A stretch of 53,818 bases of DNA from Burkholderiales bacterium (lineage in GTDB: Bacteria > Pseudomonadota > Gammaproteobacteria > Burkholderiales > SG8-39), in assembly GCA_035635495.1 (NCBI GenBank), contig DASQAW010000153.1, positions 1-53,818 on the forward strand. The letters are read 5' to 3'. The notes under the pieces are model-generated. The model saw only the letters and a list, made by a program, of their open reading frames with translations, was not told the DNA's origin and did no database searches. This document shows, piece after piece, positions 37,565-45,883 of this stretch. Positions within the stretch are counted from its first letter, which is position 1. Each line of letters begins with the position of its first letter. The position numbers and the translations under genes are program-made.

Positions 37565-38391
37565 CAGGCGCGGTGCAGCAGGACCTCGAGCACGAAGCGG
37601 CTGCCGGGATAGGCGAGCATCAGCAGCACGAACCCGGTAAGCGTCCAGCGCAGTGCCGTGCGTCCGCGCCAGCCGTAGCGCCAGCGGCCGGCGAGCAGCA
37701 GGCCGAAGATCGCCCAGGAAAGGATGACGAAGACTGTCTTGTGCTCGAAGCGCATGGCGCGGCCGAAGAAGGCTTCGGAATAGACGATGCCGAAGGCGAG
37801 AGTGACGGTGAGCACCGCGAACGCCGCGGCGATCAGCACAAACACCAGGCGCTCGAGCGAGAGCAGCGGCGGCAGCTGCGCGAGCGGTCCGCCCAGGCCC
37901 GGCGCGCCGTGCAGCCGGCTCTCCACCTTGGCGATCAGCACGGCGTGGAGCATCGCCACGGTGAAGAGGCTGTAGGCGAGCATGCCGAAGACGAGGTGCA
38001 GGCGGAACTCGAACGACACGGCGTCGGGGCTCAGGCGCCCGGCGAAGAAAGCCGGCAGCGGCGCGCAGATCGCGCCCGCCGCGAGCAGCAGCGGATAGAG
38101 CGCCTCGATCGGATAGAAGAAGCCTTCCAGCCAGCACATCAGCACGGCGAGAAACATCATCACCGAGAGCGCCTGCGCGAAGCCGAAGCGCAGCTCCGCC
38201 GCTGAGAAGATCCCGCTGTAGAGAGTCCAGCCGTGCAGCGCGAGCGGCGCGAGGAGGGCGGCGCGCTCCCCAAGCGGAGACACGCGGCGCGGCGCGGCCG
38301 GCGCGGCGGCACGCCAGCGCGTGTTCCAGAAGTGCCACGCCAGGACCAGGTACGCGGCGGACGCGATACCGTGAATTACAATGTCGGGCAC
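37564..38391 (-). CDS. Cytochrome c assembly (CcsA/YpjD-like) inner membrane protein
   Basis: 275 aa, about 8 TM. Divergent from ffh and upstream of the CorC-type gene, as in the enterobacterial ffh-ypjD-yfjD synteny. GTG start only 19 bp from the ffh ATG. Confidence 0.75.
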   Translation of the reverse strand: MPDIVIHGIASAAYLVLAWHFWNTRWRAAAPAAPRRVSPLGERAALLAPLALHGWTLYSGIFSAAELRFGFAQALSVMMFLAVLMCWLEGFFYPIEALYPLLLAAGAICAPLPAFFAGRLSPDAVSFEFRLHLVFGMLAYSLFTVAMLHAVLIAKVESRLHGAPGLGGPLAQLPPLLSLERLVFVLIAAAFAVLTVTLAFGIVYSEAFFGRAMRFEHKTVFVILSWAIFGLLLAGRWRYGWRGRTALRWTLTGFVLLMLAYPGSRFVLEVLLHRA

Positions 38392-38410
38392 CTCTCCAGT
38401 CTATCACCCC

Positions 38411-39760
38411 ATGCTTGAAAATCTGACCGCACGCCTCGCGCGCATCGTCAAGCAGGTGCGCGGCGAAGCGCGCCTCACCGAAGCGAACATCCAGGAAGCG
38501 CTGCGCGAAGTGCGCATCGCGCTGCTCGAAGCGGACGTGGCGCTGCCCGTGGTGAAGCACTTCATCGACGCGGTGCGCGCCAAGGCGCTCGGCGCCGAAG
38601 TCGTCGGCAGCCTCACGCCCGGACAGGCGCTGGTCGGCGTCGTGCACCGCGAGCTCGCCGCTCTGATGGGCGAGGCGAACGTGCCGCTCGACCTCGCCAC
38701 GCAGCCGCCGGCGGTGATCCTGATGGCGGGACTGCAGGGCTCGGGCAAGACCACCACCAGCGGCAAGCTCGCGCGCCTGCTGCTCGGCGAGAAGAAGAAG
38801 GTGGCGCTGGTCTCCACCGACGTCTACCGGCCGGCGGCCATCGAGCAGCTGAAGACCGTGGCTGCGCAGGTGGGCGCCGAGTTCATCGGCTCGGAAAAAA
38901 GTGAAAAGCCCGTCGACATCGCCCGCCACGCCCTCGACTACGCGCGCACGCACTACATGGACGTGCTGATCGTCGACACCGCGGGGCGCCTGGCGATCGA
39001 CGAGGAGATGATGCGCGAGATCGCCGAGCTGCACGCGGCGTTGCAGCCCGTCGAGACGCTGTTCGTCGTCGATGCGATGCAGGGCCAGGACGCGGTGAAC
39101 GTTGCGCGCGCTTTCAATGAACGCCTGCCGCTCACGGGCGTGATCCTGACCAAGCTGGACGGCGACGCGCGCGGCGGCGCCGCGCTCTCGGTGCGTCACG
39201 TCACGGGCCGGCCGATCAAGTTCGCCGGCGTCGGCGAGAAGCTCTCCGGCCTCGAGCCCTTCCATCCCGAGCGCATGGCGGCGCGCATCCTCGGCATGGG
39301 GGACATCCTGTCGCTCGTCGAGGAGGCGCACGCCAAGATCGACCTCGCGGAGGCGCAGCGCGTCGCCGACAAGGTGAAGAAGGGCAAGGGCTTCGATCTG
39401 GAGGACTTCAAGCAGCAGATCGCGCAGATGAAGAAGATGGGCGGCGTGGCTTCGCTCATCGACAAGCTGCCGGCGCAGCTGGTCGGAAGCGTCGACCCGG
39501 CGAAGCTGGCCGACGACACGCAGTTGCGGCGCATCGAAGGCATCATCAACTCGATGACCCGCGAGGAGCGCGCCAAGCCCGAGCTGATCAAGGCCTCGCG
39601 CAAGCGCCGCATCGCCGCCGGCGCGGGTGTTCCGGTGCAGGCGGTGAACCAGCTCCTCAACCAGTTCGAGCAGATGCAGAGGATGATGAAAATGATGAAA
39701 GGCGGCAATCTGCAACGGATGATGCGGGGCATGAAGGGCATGATTCCCGGCATCCGATGA
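38411..39760 (+). CDS. ffh: Signal recognition particle protein Ffh
   Basis: MLENLTARLA start, GLQGSGKTTTSGKLA, DTAGRL, TKLDGDARGG, and a Met-rich M domain. Confidence 0.96.
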   Translation: MLENLTARLARIVKQVRGEARLTEANIQEALREVRIALLEADVALPVVKHFIDAVRAKALGAEVVGSLTPGQALVGVVHRELAALMGEANVPLDLATQPPAVILMAGLQGSGKTTTSGKLARLLLGEKKKVALVSTDVYRPAAIEQLKTVAAQVGAEFIGSEKSEKPVDIARHALDYARTHYMDVLIVDTAGRLAIDEEMMREIAELHAALQPVETLFVVDAMQGQDAVNVARAFNERLPLTGVILTKLDGDARGGAALSVRHVTGRPIKFAGVGEKLSGLEPFHPERMAARILGMGDILSLVEEAHAKIDLAEAQRVADKVKKGKGFDLEDFKQQIAQMKKMGGVASLIDKLPAQLVGSVDPAKLADDTQLRRIEGIINSMTREERAKPELIKASRKRRIAAGAGVPVQAVNQLLNQFEQMQRMMKMMKGGNLQRMMRGMKGMIPGIR

Positions 39761-40719
39761 GCGAGCCGCTAGCGCCGAAAGCCGGGGATTCGAGCCGCAC
39801 GCTGGTCTGCAGCGTGCTGTTCCTCGACATCGCCGGCTATTCGCGGCTCGGCGTCAGCGAGCAGATCCGGCTGAAGCAGAAGTTCAACGAGGTGCTGGCC
39901 GGCTCGCTCGCCGATCTCGAGGCGCGCGACCGGATCGTGATCGATACCGGCGACGGCGCGGCCATCGCCTTCCTGGACGATCCCGAGCGAGCGCTGTTTG
40001 CGGCGGTCGCCATTTTCGACAACGTCGGCGAGCTGCCGGTGCGCATGGGCATCAACCTCGGCCCGGTGTACCTGTCGAAGGACATCAACGGCCAGGACAA
40101 CGTCATCGGCGACGGCATCAACGTCGCGCAGCGCGTGATGTCCTTCGCGCAGAAGGGCGAGCTGCTGGTGTCGCGCTCCTTCTACGAGGTGGTGCTGCTG
40201 CTCTCGGGCGACTACGCGAGCATGTTCCAGGCGCGCGCCGCGCAGACCGACAAGCACAACCGCTCGCACGAGCTCTATGCGGTGAGCGAGGCGGTGCGCG
40301 TCGGGCGCCGCGTGGCCGAGACGCAGGCGAAGCGCCGCTTGCAGCGCCCGCTGCCCGCCGCCGCCGGCCCGGCGTCGACGCAGCCCGCGACGGTGTCCGA
40401 TGCGGGCAGCCACTTCCTCGTCTCCGGCTCGACGCGCGAGAGCGTCGAGGCCGAGCTCGCGCGCTTTGCCGCCGATGGCGCGAACGTCATTGCGGCGCCC
40501 GCCCAGGTCGGCGCCAGGTGGATGGCCACGTTCGAGAACCGCCGGCGCGCCGTGCGCGTGAGCGTCGAGAAGCTCGGCATGAAGACGATGGTGAGCGCGT
40601 CCACGCGCGAGGCGGTGGATGCGAAGGTGGCGGAGCTGGTCGAGTACGGCGCGCGCCTTGCCCAGGAGGTCGAGCAGATCGACGGGATGTGGACCGCCGT
40701 GCTCGACGACGCCTCCTAG
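39757..40719 (+). CDS. Class III adenylate/guanylate cyclase homology domain protein with two C-terminal ~44-aa repeats
   Basis: 320 aa. LFLDIAGYS (metal Asp), DTGDGAAIAF (second Asp), RMGINLGPV, GDGINVAQRV (Asn/Arg pair). Repeats at aa 217-260 and 274-317. ATGA overlap with the ffh stop. Confidence 0.7.
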   Translation: MSEPLAPKAGDSSRTLVCSVLFLDIAGYSRLGVSEQIRLKQKFNEVLAGSLADLEARDRIVIDTGDGAAIAFLDDPERALFAAVAIFDNVGELPVRMGINLGPVYLSKDINGQDNVIGDGINVAQRVMSFAQKGELLVSRSFYEVVLLLSGDYASMFQARAAQTDKHNRSHELYAVSEAVRVGRRVAETQAKRRLQRPLPAAAGPASTQPATVSDAGSHFLVSGSTRESVEAELARFAADGANVIAAPAQVGARWMATFENRRRAVRVSVEKLGMKTMVSASTREAVDAKVAELVEYGARLAQEVEQIDGMWTAVLDDAS

Positions 40720-41567
40720 CGGACGAGCACCGCTTCGGCCGAACCGCGCGCGCCGTTCATCGCCTTGCTCACCGCAAGGCTCCGCTCCCTGTAGTCGCGC
40801 GCGGCGGCGGCATCGCCGGCCGCCTCGGCGGCGCGCGCCAGCTCGGCCAGGTCCGCCAGGATCTTGCGCGGATCGCCGATCTCGCGGTCGAGCTCGAGTG
40901 CCTGCCGCAGCGGCTCGAGCGCCGCGGCGGGCTGGCCCTGCGCCAGGCGCGCGCGGCCGAGCGTGCGCAGCGCGTTGGCGCTCTCCGCGCGACTGGCGCC
41001 GCCGCGCGAGCGCTCGGCGGCCGCTTGCGCCAGGCGCGCGGCTTCTGCGCCATGGCCCGAATCGAGCTCCACTTGCGCGCGCACGTTGAGGATCGTCGCC
41101 GCGTACTCGCAGTTCGTCGCGGTGCAGCGCCGCTCGGCCTGCCCCGCCCAGATCGCCGCCGCGCCGATGTTGCCGCCGGCGAGCTCGAGGATCGCGCGCC
41201 GCAATTCCGCTTGGAGCTTGCGCCGATCGGAGAAGGCCGTGCGCGGGTCGTCCAGCACGGCGCCGAGCGCGGCGCGGGCGTCGGCGTCGCGGCCGAGCCA
41301 CTGCTGGACGATCGACAGGTTGATCGCGTTGGCCGCGATCGCGTCGGCGTTCTCGAGCGAGGTGGCTATGCGCAGCGCCTCGCCGTAGTGACGCGCCGCG
41401 CCGGAGAAATCGCCTGACTTGACGAGCGCCGCGGCGCGCGTCTCGGCTTCGGCAAGCCGCGATTGCGCGAGCGACGTGTTGTTGAGCGGCGCCTTGCCGC
41501 CGCAGCCGGCGGCCAGCACGATCAGGCCCGCGGCCAGGACGTGGAGGACGGCGCCGCGCACGCGCAT
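40716..41567 (-). CDS. TPR-like repeat lipoprotein
   Basis: 283 aa. Signal peptide with lipobox LAAGC. Ala-rich helical repeats (GDFSGAARHYGEALRI..., GQPAAALEPLRQALELD...). ATG shares 1 nt with the MlaD-like stop. Confidence 0.7.
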   Translation of the reverse strand: MRVRGAVLHVLAAGLIVLAAGCGGKAPLNNTSLAQSRLAEAETRAAALVKSGDFSGAARHYGEALRIATSLENADAIAANAINLSIVQQWLGRDADARAALGAVLDDPRTAFSDRRKLQAELRRAILELAGGNIGAAAIWAGQAERRCTATNCEYAATILNVRAQVELDSGHGAEAARLAQAAAERSRGGASRAESANALRTLGRARLAQGQPAAALEPLRQALELDREIGDPRKILADLAELARAAEAAGDAAAARDYRERSLAVSKAMNGARGSAEAVLVR

Positions 41568-42529
41568 CAGCGCGCGAGCCCCTTGCCCCGGGCCTCGAAG
41601 CTGTCGATGGGCAGCATGCCGTCGGAGGTGTCCTTGAAGGAATCGCTGAGCGGCCAGACGCGCTTCGCCGCGCCCAGCACGTCGGCCGCCTCGCGCGCCG
41701 CCGTCTCGCCGTGGTCGACGAGCGGCCGCGCGTTGCGCAGCGTGGCCTGCGCTTCCTCGGCGGTGTGCTGCATCTGCGTGGCCGCCGCCCCGATCGCGAC
41801 GGCGCTCGTGCCGAGCTTGTCGGAGAGGTCGGGCAGCGTGCGCTGCATCGTGCCGGCGACCCGCTCGACCGCCTGCAGGGTGGTGCCGGCCTGCTGGCTC
41901 AGGTCGGCCGTCGCCTGCCCCGCCTCCTCGACCAGCTTGCGGATGGCGCGGTGCGTCGACGGGAGCTGCTCGACCTCCTTGCGCAGGCTGGCCAGGATCT
42001 GCGTGATGTCCTCGCCCGAGCGGCCGACCTGCGACATCGCGGCCTTCACCTCGTTGAAGGCCGGGATCGCCTGGCGGCGGAAATCGTCGATGATCTCCGA
42101 GATGCCGCGCGAGGGCTCGAAGTTGATCCGCGCGCCTTCGGCGAGCGCGCGCTCGGCCTTGCCTGGGACGATGTCGATCACGCTCGCGCCGATTACGCCG
42201 GCTTCGCGCGCGTGCCGCGCGTACGAGTCCTGCGGAATGCGCATCAGGTACTCGGTGGCGAGCGACAGGCGCACGTCGACGCCGCCGGGCGCGAGCTGCA
42301 TTTCGCTCACCGAGCCGATGGTGAAGCCGTGCAGCTTGACCGGCATGCCCTTGTTGATGCCGAGCGCGTTGGGCGTGACGAAACGAATCACCGACTGGCG
42401 TACGAACCAGCCCTGCTTGTAGGCGACCAGGCCCATGAAGGCCGCGACCAGGAGCATCGCGATCAGCAGGAACGCGTTGACCTTGACCACGAGCCCGGAG
42501 AAGCGCCCCGGTGGCAGTGCGACGCTCAT
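41567..42529 (-). CDS. MlaD/MCE family protein with long helical C-terminal region
   Basis: 320 aa. N-terminal TM (VKVNAFLLIAMLLVAAFMGLVAY). MCE domain (GINKGMPVKLHGFTIGSVSEMQL...). About 170 aa Ala/Gln-rich helical tail. Confidence 0.8.
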   Translation of the reverse strand: MSVALPPGRFSGLVVKVNAFLLIAMLLVAAFMGLVAYKQGWFVRQSVIRFVTPNALGINKGMPVKLHGFTIGSVSEMQLAPGGVDVRLSLATEYLMRIPQDSYARHAREAGVIGASVIDIVPGKAERALAEGARINFEPSRGISEIIDDFRRQAIPAFNEVKAAMSQVGRSGEDITQILASLRKEVEQLPSTHRAIRKLVEEAGQATADLSQQAGTTLQAVERVAGTMQRTLPDLSDKLGTSAVAIGAAATQMQHTAEEAQATLRNARPLVDHGETAAREAADVLGAAKRVWPLSDSFKDTSDGMLPIDSFEARGKGLAR

Positions 42530-43128
42530 GACACCTCCTTGATATCGACATACAGCACCGTGCCTTCCGGCTGGCGCGCCCGGTACTCGGCCTCGAAGCG
42601 CGCGGCGTGGCGGCACTCGGCGAAGGACAGACCGTCCTCGAGCGCGTCGAACACCATCAGTTCCGGCGCCGCGACCAGCTGGCGGATGAAGGACGCCATC
42701 TTGCGTTCGAGCATGCCGAGCTCGTCGGGCACGCGCGCGAGGAAATAGCGCGGCTCGGCGCCGAAGGCGGTGAGCACATCGTGCGCGAGCTGCGCCACCT
42801 CGGGCAGCGGCGGCGTGCCGTGGTAGGCGGCGGGCAAAGAGACGTTCTCCCACGCGTTCAGATTGGTCATCAGGCCGACGATCGGCGACACCGCGCCGAC
42901 CCGCAGCCGCAGCTTCTCGCGCTGGCCAGCGGCGAGACTGGCGGCGCTCTCGCCGAAAAGCTCGAGCTCCTCGCCGGCCTCGGTGCGCGCCTTGAGCACC
43001 GCGGTGACGAGGTGCGCCTTGGCGTCGTCGTCCGGCAGATGCAGGTGCGTGACCGCGCCCTTCGGCACCGATACCTGCACCTCGTGGCGCGGGGTCCTGC
43101 GCGCGTAACGAATCGCAAGCCCGCTCAT
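42526..43128 (-). CDS. Degenerate ABC nucleotide-binding-domain homolog (MlaF-like pseudo-ATPase)
   Basis: 200 aa. Aligns by eye to MlaF, but Walker A is LPDDDAKAH, the Q-loop is absent, the signature is LGMLE, Walker B is LMVFDAL, and there is no H-loop. ATGA overlaps on both sides. Confidence 0.65.
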   Translation of the reverse strand: MSGLAIRYARRTPRHEVQVSVPKGAVTHLHLPDDDAKAHLVTAVLKARTEAGEELELFGESAASLAAGQREKLRLRVGAVSPIVGLMTNLNAWENVSLPAAYHGTPPLPEVAQLAHDVLTAFGAEPRYFLARVPDELGMLERKMASFIRQLVAAPELMVFDALEDGLSFAECRHAARFEAEYRARQPEGTVLYVDIKEVS

Positions 43129-43901
43129 GCGTTCGCCTTCACCAGGCCGAAGAAAAGGATGCCGAACACCACGTAGGCGAACACGGCGTTGATCAGCAGC
43201 ACCAGCATCATGCTCTGCGTCACCGCCTTGGTGACCACTTTCGGCACGGCGTTCTGCGTAAGGTCGGGCGGATTGAGGCCGTGCCAGCAGCAGCAGGCGG
43301 CGACCGCGAAGCCGAAGAGCAGGCTCTTCACCACCGAGTAGTAGAAGTCCACCGGCGTGAAGAGCTCAAAGAGCCGCCCGGTCAGCTCCTGGAAGGACGC
43401 CTCGATGATGAACGGGCTCAGCGCCAGCCCGCCGAGCACCGCGAGGAACTGCACGTAGAAGCTCAGCGCCGCGGTGGCGAGCATGATGCCGGCGACGCGC
43501 GGCAGCACGAGGTAGTCGTAGAGATCGATACCGAGGTAGCGCAGCGCGCGCGTCTGGCCGGACACGCGCATCATCGCCATCTCCGCCGAGACCGCCGTGC
43601 CGGTGCGCAGGATCACCACCACCGCGGCGGCGAGCGGCCCGACCTCGCGGAACACGAGGAGGAGCAGGATCTTCACCGCCAGGTCGACGTCGGCGTCGAG
43701 CATGTTCATCATCACTGCGATGATGATTACGCCGAGCGCGCAGGCGCGCAGGATCACGCCGGTGGCGGCGGTGACGCCGGTGAAATACACCTGCCGCAGG
43801 AACGACTCGAAGATCGGCGCTCGGGTGATTTTCGGCAGGCACGCGGCGACGTTGAGCGACAGCTGTATCCCGCCCTCGATCTCGCGCAGCGCCTGCAGCA
43901 T
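43125..43901 (-). CDS. MlaE family ABC transporter permease
   Basis: 258 aa polytopic protein. [32 protein letters not shown] is typical of PF02405 permeases. Confidence 0.85.
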   Translation of the reverse strand: MLQALREIEGGIQLSLNVAACLPKITRAPIFESFLRQVYFTGVTAATGVILRACALGVIIIAVMMNMLDADVDLAVKILLLLVFREVGPLAAAVVVILRTGTAVSAEMAMMRVSGQTRALRYLGIDLYDYLVLPRVAGIMLATAALSFYVQFLAVLGGLALSPFIIEASFQELTGRLFELFTPVDFYYSVVKSLLFGFAVAACCCWHGLNPPDLTQNAVPKVVTKAVTQSMMLVLLINAVFAYVVFGILFFGLVKANA

Positions 43902-43974
43902 TACTCTTCTCCCCTGGTTTGGATTGTCGCACCACCGGGCGGCCGAAACGCCCCAAAAGCGTCAATTTTTCCCG

Positions 43975-43980
43975 TATAAT
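43975..43980 (+). promoter_or_regulatory. Candidate -10 element of the rpsP operon promoter
   Basis: Perfect TATAAT 34 nt upstream of the rpsP ATG. No convincing -35. A small hairpin (ccgcg/cgcgg) follows it. Confidence 0.3.
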
Positions 43981-44013
43981 CCGCGCCTTTTCGCGGTTCC
44001 GGAGCAAACTCAG

Positions 44014-44265
44014 ATGGTGGTGATTCGACTGCAACGCGGCGGCGCCAACAAGCGACCCTTCTACCACTTCGTGGTGGCGGATTCGCGCCGCGCGGCCTCG
44101 GGCAAGTTCCTCGAGCGCGTCGGCTTCTACGACCCGAAGGCACCCGAGGGCCGCGAGGCGCTGCGCGTGAATCTCGAGCGGGTGAAGCACTGGCAGGGCC
44201 GCGGCGCGCAGCTCTCGCTGACCGCCGAGCGGCTCGTGAAGCAGTTTGCCAAGAAGGCCGCCTGA
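44014..44265 (+). CDS. rpsP: 30S ribosomal protein S16
   Basis: 83 aa starting [25 protein letters not shown]. Confidence 0.96.
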   Translation: MVVIRLQRGGANKRPFYHFVVADSRRAASGKFLERVGFYDPKAPEGREALRVNLERVKHWQGRGAQLSLTAERLVKQFAKKAA

Positions 44266-44746
44266 TCGGCTGATCGAGATGGGCCGCGTCGCCGGTTCGT
44301 ATGGCGTGCGCGGCTGGCTCAAGGTGATTCCCGGCGGCGGCGTGGCGCCAGCGCTCGCCGAGGCGGGCGAGTGGTGGATTGGCGAGCGCGCCTATCGGGT
44401 CGCCGCAGCCAAGCTGCACAGCTCGACGGTGGTGGCGAAGCTCGATGGCATCGACGACCGCGAGCAGGCGCTGGAATTGAAGGGCGCGCGAGTGTCGATC
44501 GCGCGCGATGCGCTCCCGGAAGCGGGAGCGGGGCATTACTACCTCGCCGACCTGGTGGGTCTCGAGGTGCTGAACGAGCAGGGCGAGCGCCTAGGCGCCG
44601 TGAAGCAGTGGATCACGAATGGCGCGCAGGACGTGATGGAATTGGCGGGCGAGCGCATGCGCCTCATCCCGTGGGTGAGCGCGGTGGTGAAGGAAGTCGA
44701 TCTCGCCGGCAGGCGCATCGTGGTCGACTGGGGCGCTGACTGGTGA
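44246..44746 (+). CDS. rimM: Ribosome maturation factor RimM
   Basis: [19 protein letters not shown] matches the RimM N-terminal motif, with a PRC-barrel C-terminus. The TTG 44246 start overlaps rpsP by 20 nt; the alternative ATG 44279 would truncate the conserved motif. Confidence 0.85.
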   Translation: MPRRPPDRLIEMGRVAGSYGVRGWLKVIPGGGVAPALAEAGEWWIGERAYRVAAAKLHSSTVVAKLDGIDDREQALELKGARVSIARDALPEAGAGHYYLADLVGLEVLNEQGERLGAVKQWITNGAQDVMELAGERMRLIPWVSAVVKEVDLAGRRIVVDWGADW

Positions 44747-45480
44747 TGCGCTTCGATGTGGTGACGCTGTTCCCGCAGATGTTTGCGGCGGTGACCGAGA
44801 GCGGCATCACCAGCCGGGCTCTCGAGGCGGGGCTCTGGCAGTTGAAGACGTGGAATCCGCGCGATTTCACGACGGACAATTACAGGACGGTCGATGACCG
44901 TCCTTATGGCGGCGGGCCCGGCATGGTGATGTTGGCCGAGCCGCTGGAGAAGGCGCTGGATGCGGCGCGAGGCGCCGGGGCGGGAAGAGTGGTCTACCTC
45001 TCGCCCCAGGGCAGGAAGCTGGACCACCGCAAGGTGGTGGAGCTCGCAAAGGAGAGCGCGCTCACGTTGCTGTGCGGCAGGTACGAAGGCGTCGATGAGC
45101 GCCTGCTGCGCACGAGAGCGGACGAGGAGCTCTCGCTCGGCGACTTCGTGCTCTCGGGTGGCGAGCTCGCGGCGATGGCCCTGATCGACGCCTGCGTGCG
45201 TCAGCTGCCAGGGGCGCTGGGCGACGAGCAGTCGGCGCTCGAAGAGTCGTTTGCGGCGGGCTTGCTGGACTGCCCGCAGTACACGCGGCCCGAGAGGTAT
45301 GCGGGAGAGCGGGTGCCGGAAGTGCTGCTCTCCGGGCACCATGAGAACATCCGCCGCTGGCGGCTGAAGCAGGCGCTGGGCAGGACGTGGTTGAGACGCC
45401 CCGAGCTGCTTCAGGAACGAGGGATGAGCAGGGAGGAACAGGCGCTGCTTGCCGAGTTCCAGAAGGAATACAGGAGCTAG
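44743..45480 (+). CDS. trmD: tRNA (guanine37-N1)-methyltransferase TrmD
   Basis: 245 aa. [19 protein letters not shown] and [15 protein letters not shown] motifs. Confidence 0.96.
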   Translation: MMRFDVVTLFPQMFAAVTESGITSRALEAGLWQLKTWNPRDFTTDNYRTVDDRPYGGGPGMVMLAEPLEKALDAARGAGAGRVVYLSPQGRKLDHRKVVELAKESALTLLCGRYEGVDERLLRTRADEELSLGDFVLSGGELAAMALIDACVRQLPGALGDEQSALEESFAAGLLDCPQYTRPERYAGERVPEVLLSGHHENIRRWRLKQALGRTWLRRPELLQERGMSREEQALLAEFQKEYRS

Positions 45481-45481
45481 C

Positions 45482-45859
45482 ATGGATCTGATCAAGACGA
45501 TCGAGCAGGAAGAAATCAAGCGCCTGGCGAAGCAGATTCCCGATTTCGCGCCCGGCGACACGGTGCTGGTCAACGTGAACGTGGTCGAAGGCGAGAGAAA
45601 GCGCGTGCAGGCCTTCGAGGGCATGGTGATCGCCAAGCGCAACCGCGGCCTCAATTCCTCCTTCATCGTGCGCAAGATCTCCTCGGGCGAGGGCGTCGAG
45701 CGCACCTTCCAGACCTACTCGCCGCTGATCGCCTCGATCGAGGTGAAGAGAAAGGGCGACGTGCGCCGCGCCAAGCTCTATTACCTGCGCCAGCGGTCCG
45801 GCAAGTCGGCCCGCATCCGCGAGCGCACCGGCGGCGCCGAGGGCGAACCGCAAGAGTAA
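45482..45859 (+). CDS. rplS: 50S ribosomal protein L19
   Basis: 125 aa. [11 protein letters not shown] start and [21 protein letters not shown]. Confidence 0.96.
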   Translation: MDLIKTIEQEEIKRLAKQIPDFAPGDTVLVNVNVVEGERKRVQAFEGMVIAKRNRGLNSSFIVRKISSGEGVERTFQTYSPLIASIEVKRKGDVRRAKLYYLRQRSGKSARIRERTGGAEGEPQE

Positions 45860-45883
45860 TACCAAGGGAATAGAATCGGGCTT

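Noticed and set aside
36269-39715. 1148-aa minus-strand ORF spanning the corC-like gene, ypjD region and the whole of ffh antisense
   Set aside because: Only the last 431 codons (from ATG 37564) give a recognisable protein (DUF21-CBS-CorC). The remainder is Arg/Ala/Gly/His-rich, low-complexity translation antisense to the unambiguous ffh and out of frame with ypjD. This is typical of a high-GC shadow ORF.
39757-40719. Possibility that the cyclase-domain gene is the nucleotide cyclase of a Pycsar/CBASS-like anti-phage system
   Set aside because: No candidate effector is adjacent (no cNMP-binding, TIR, patatin, or TM effector with a nucleotide sensor). The neighbours are ffh and a convergent envelope operon, and the locus is core-genome-like. 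It is kept only as a remark on possible non-canonical specificity.
45860-45883. Looked for an FMN (RFN) riboswitch ahead of ribBA, a TPP riboswitch ahead of thiL (47840-47849), and r-protein leaders
   Set aside because: The intergenic spaces are only 24 nt and 10 nt, too short for any riboswitch aptamer.
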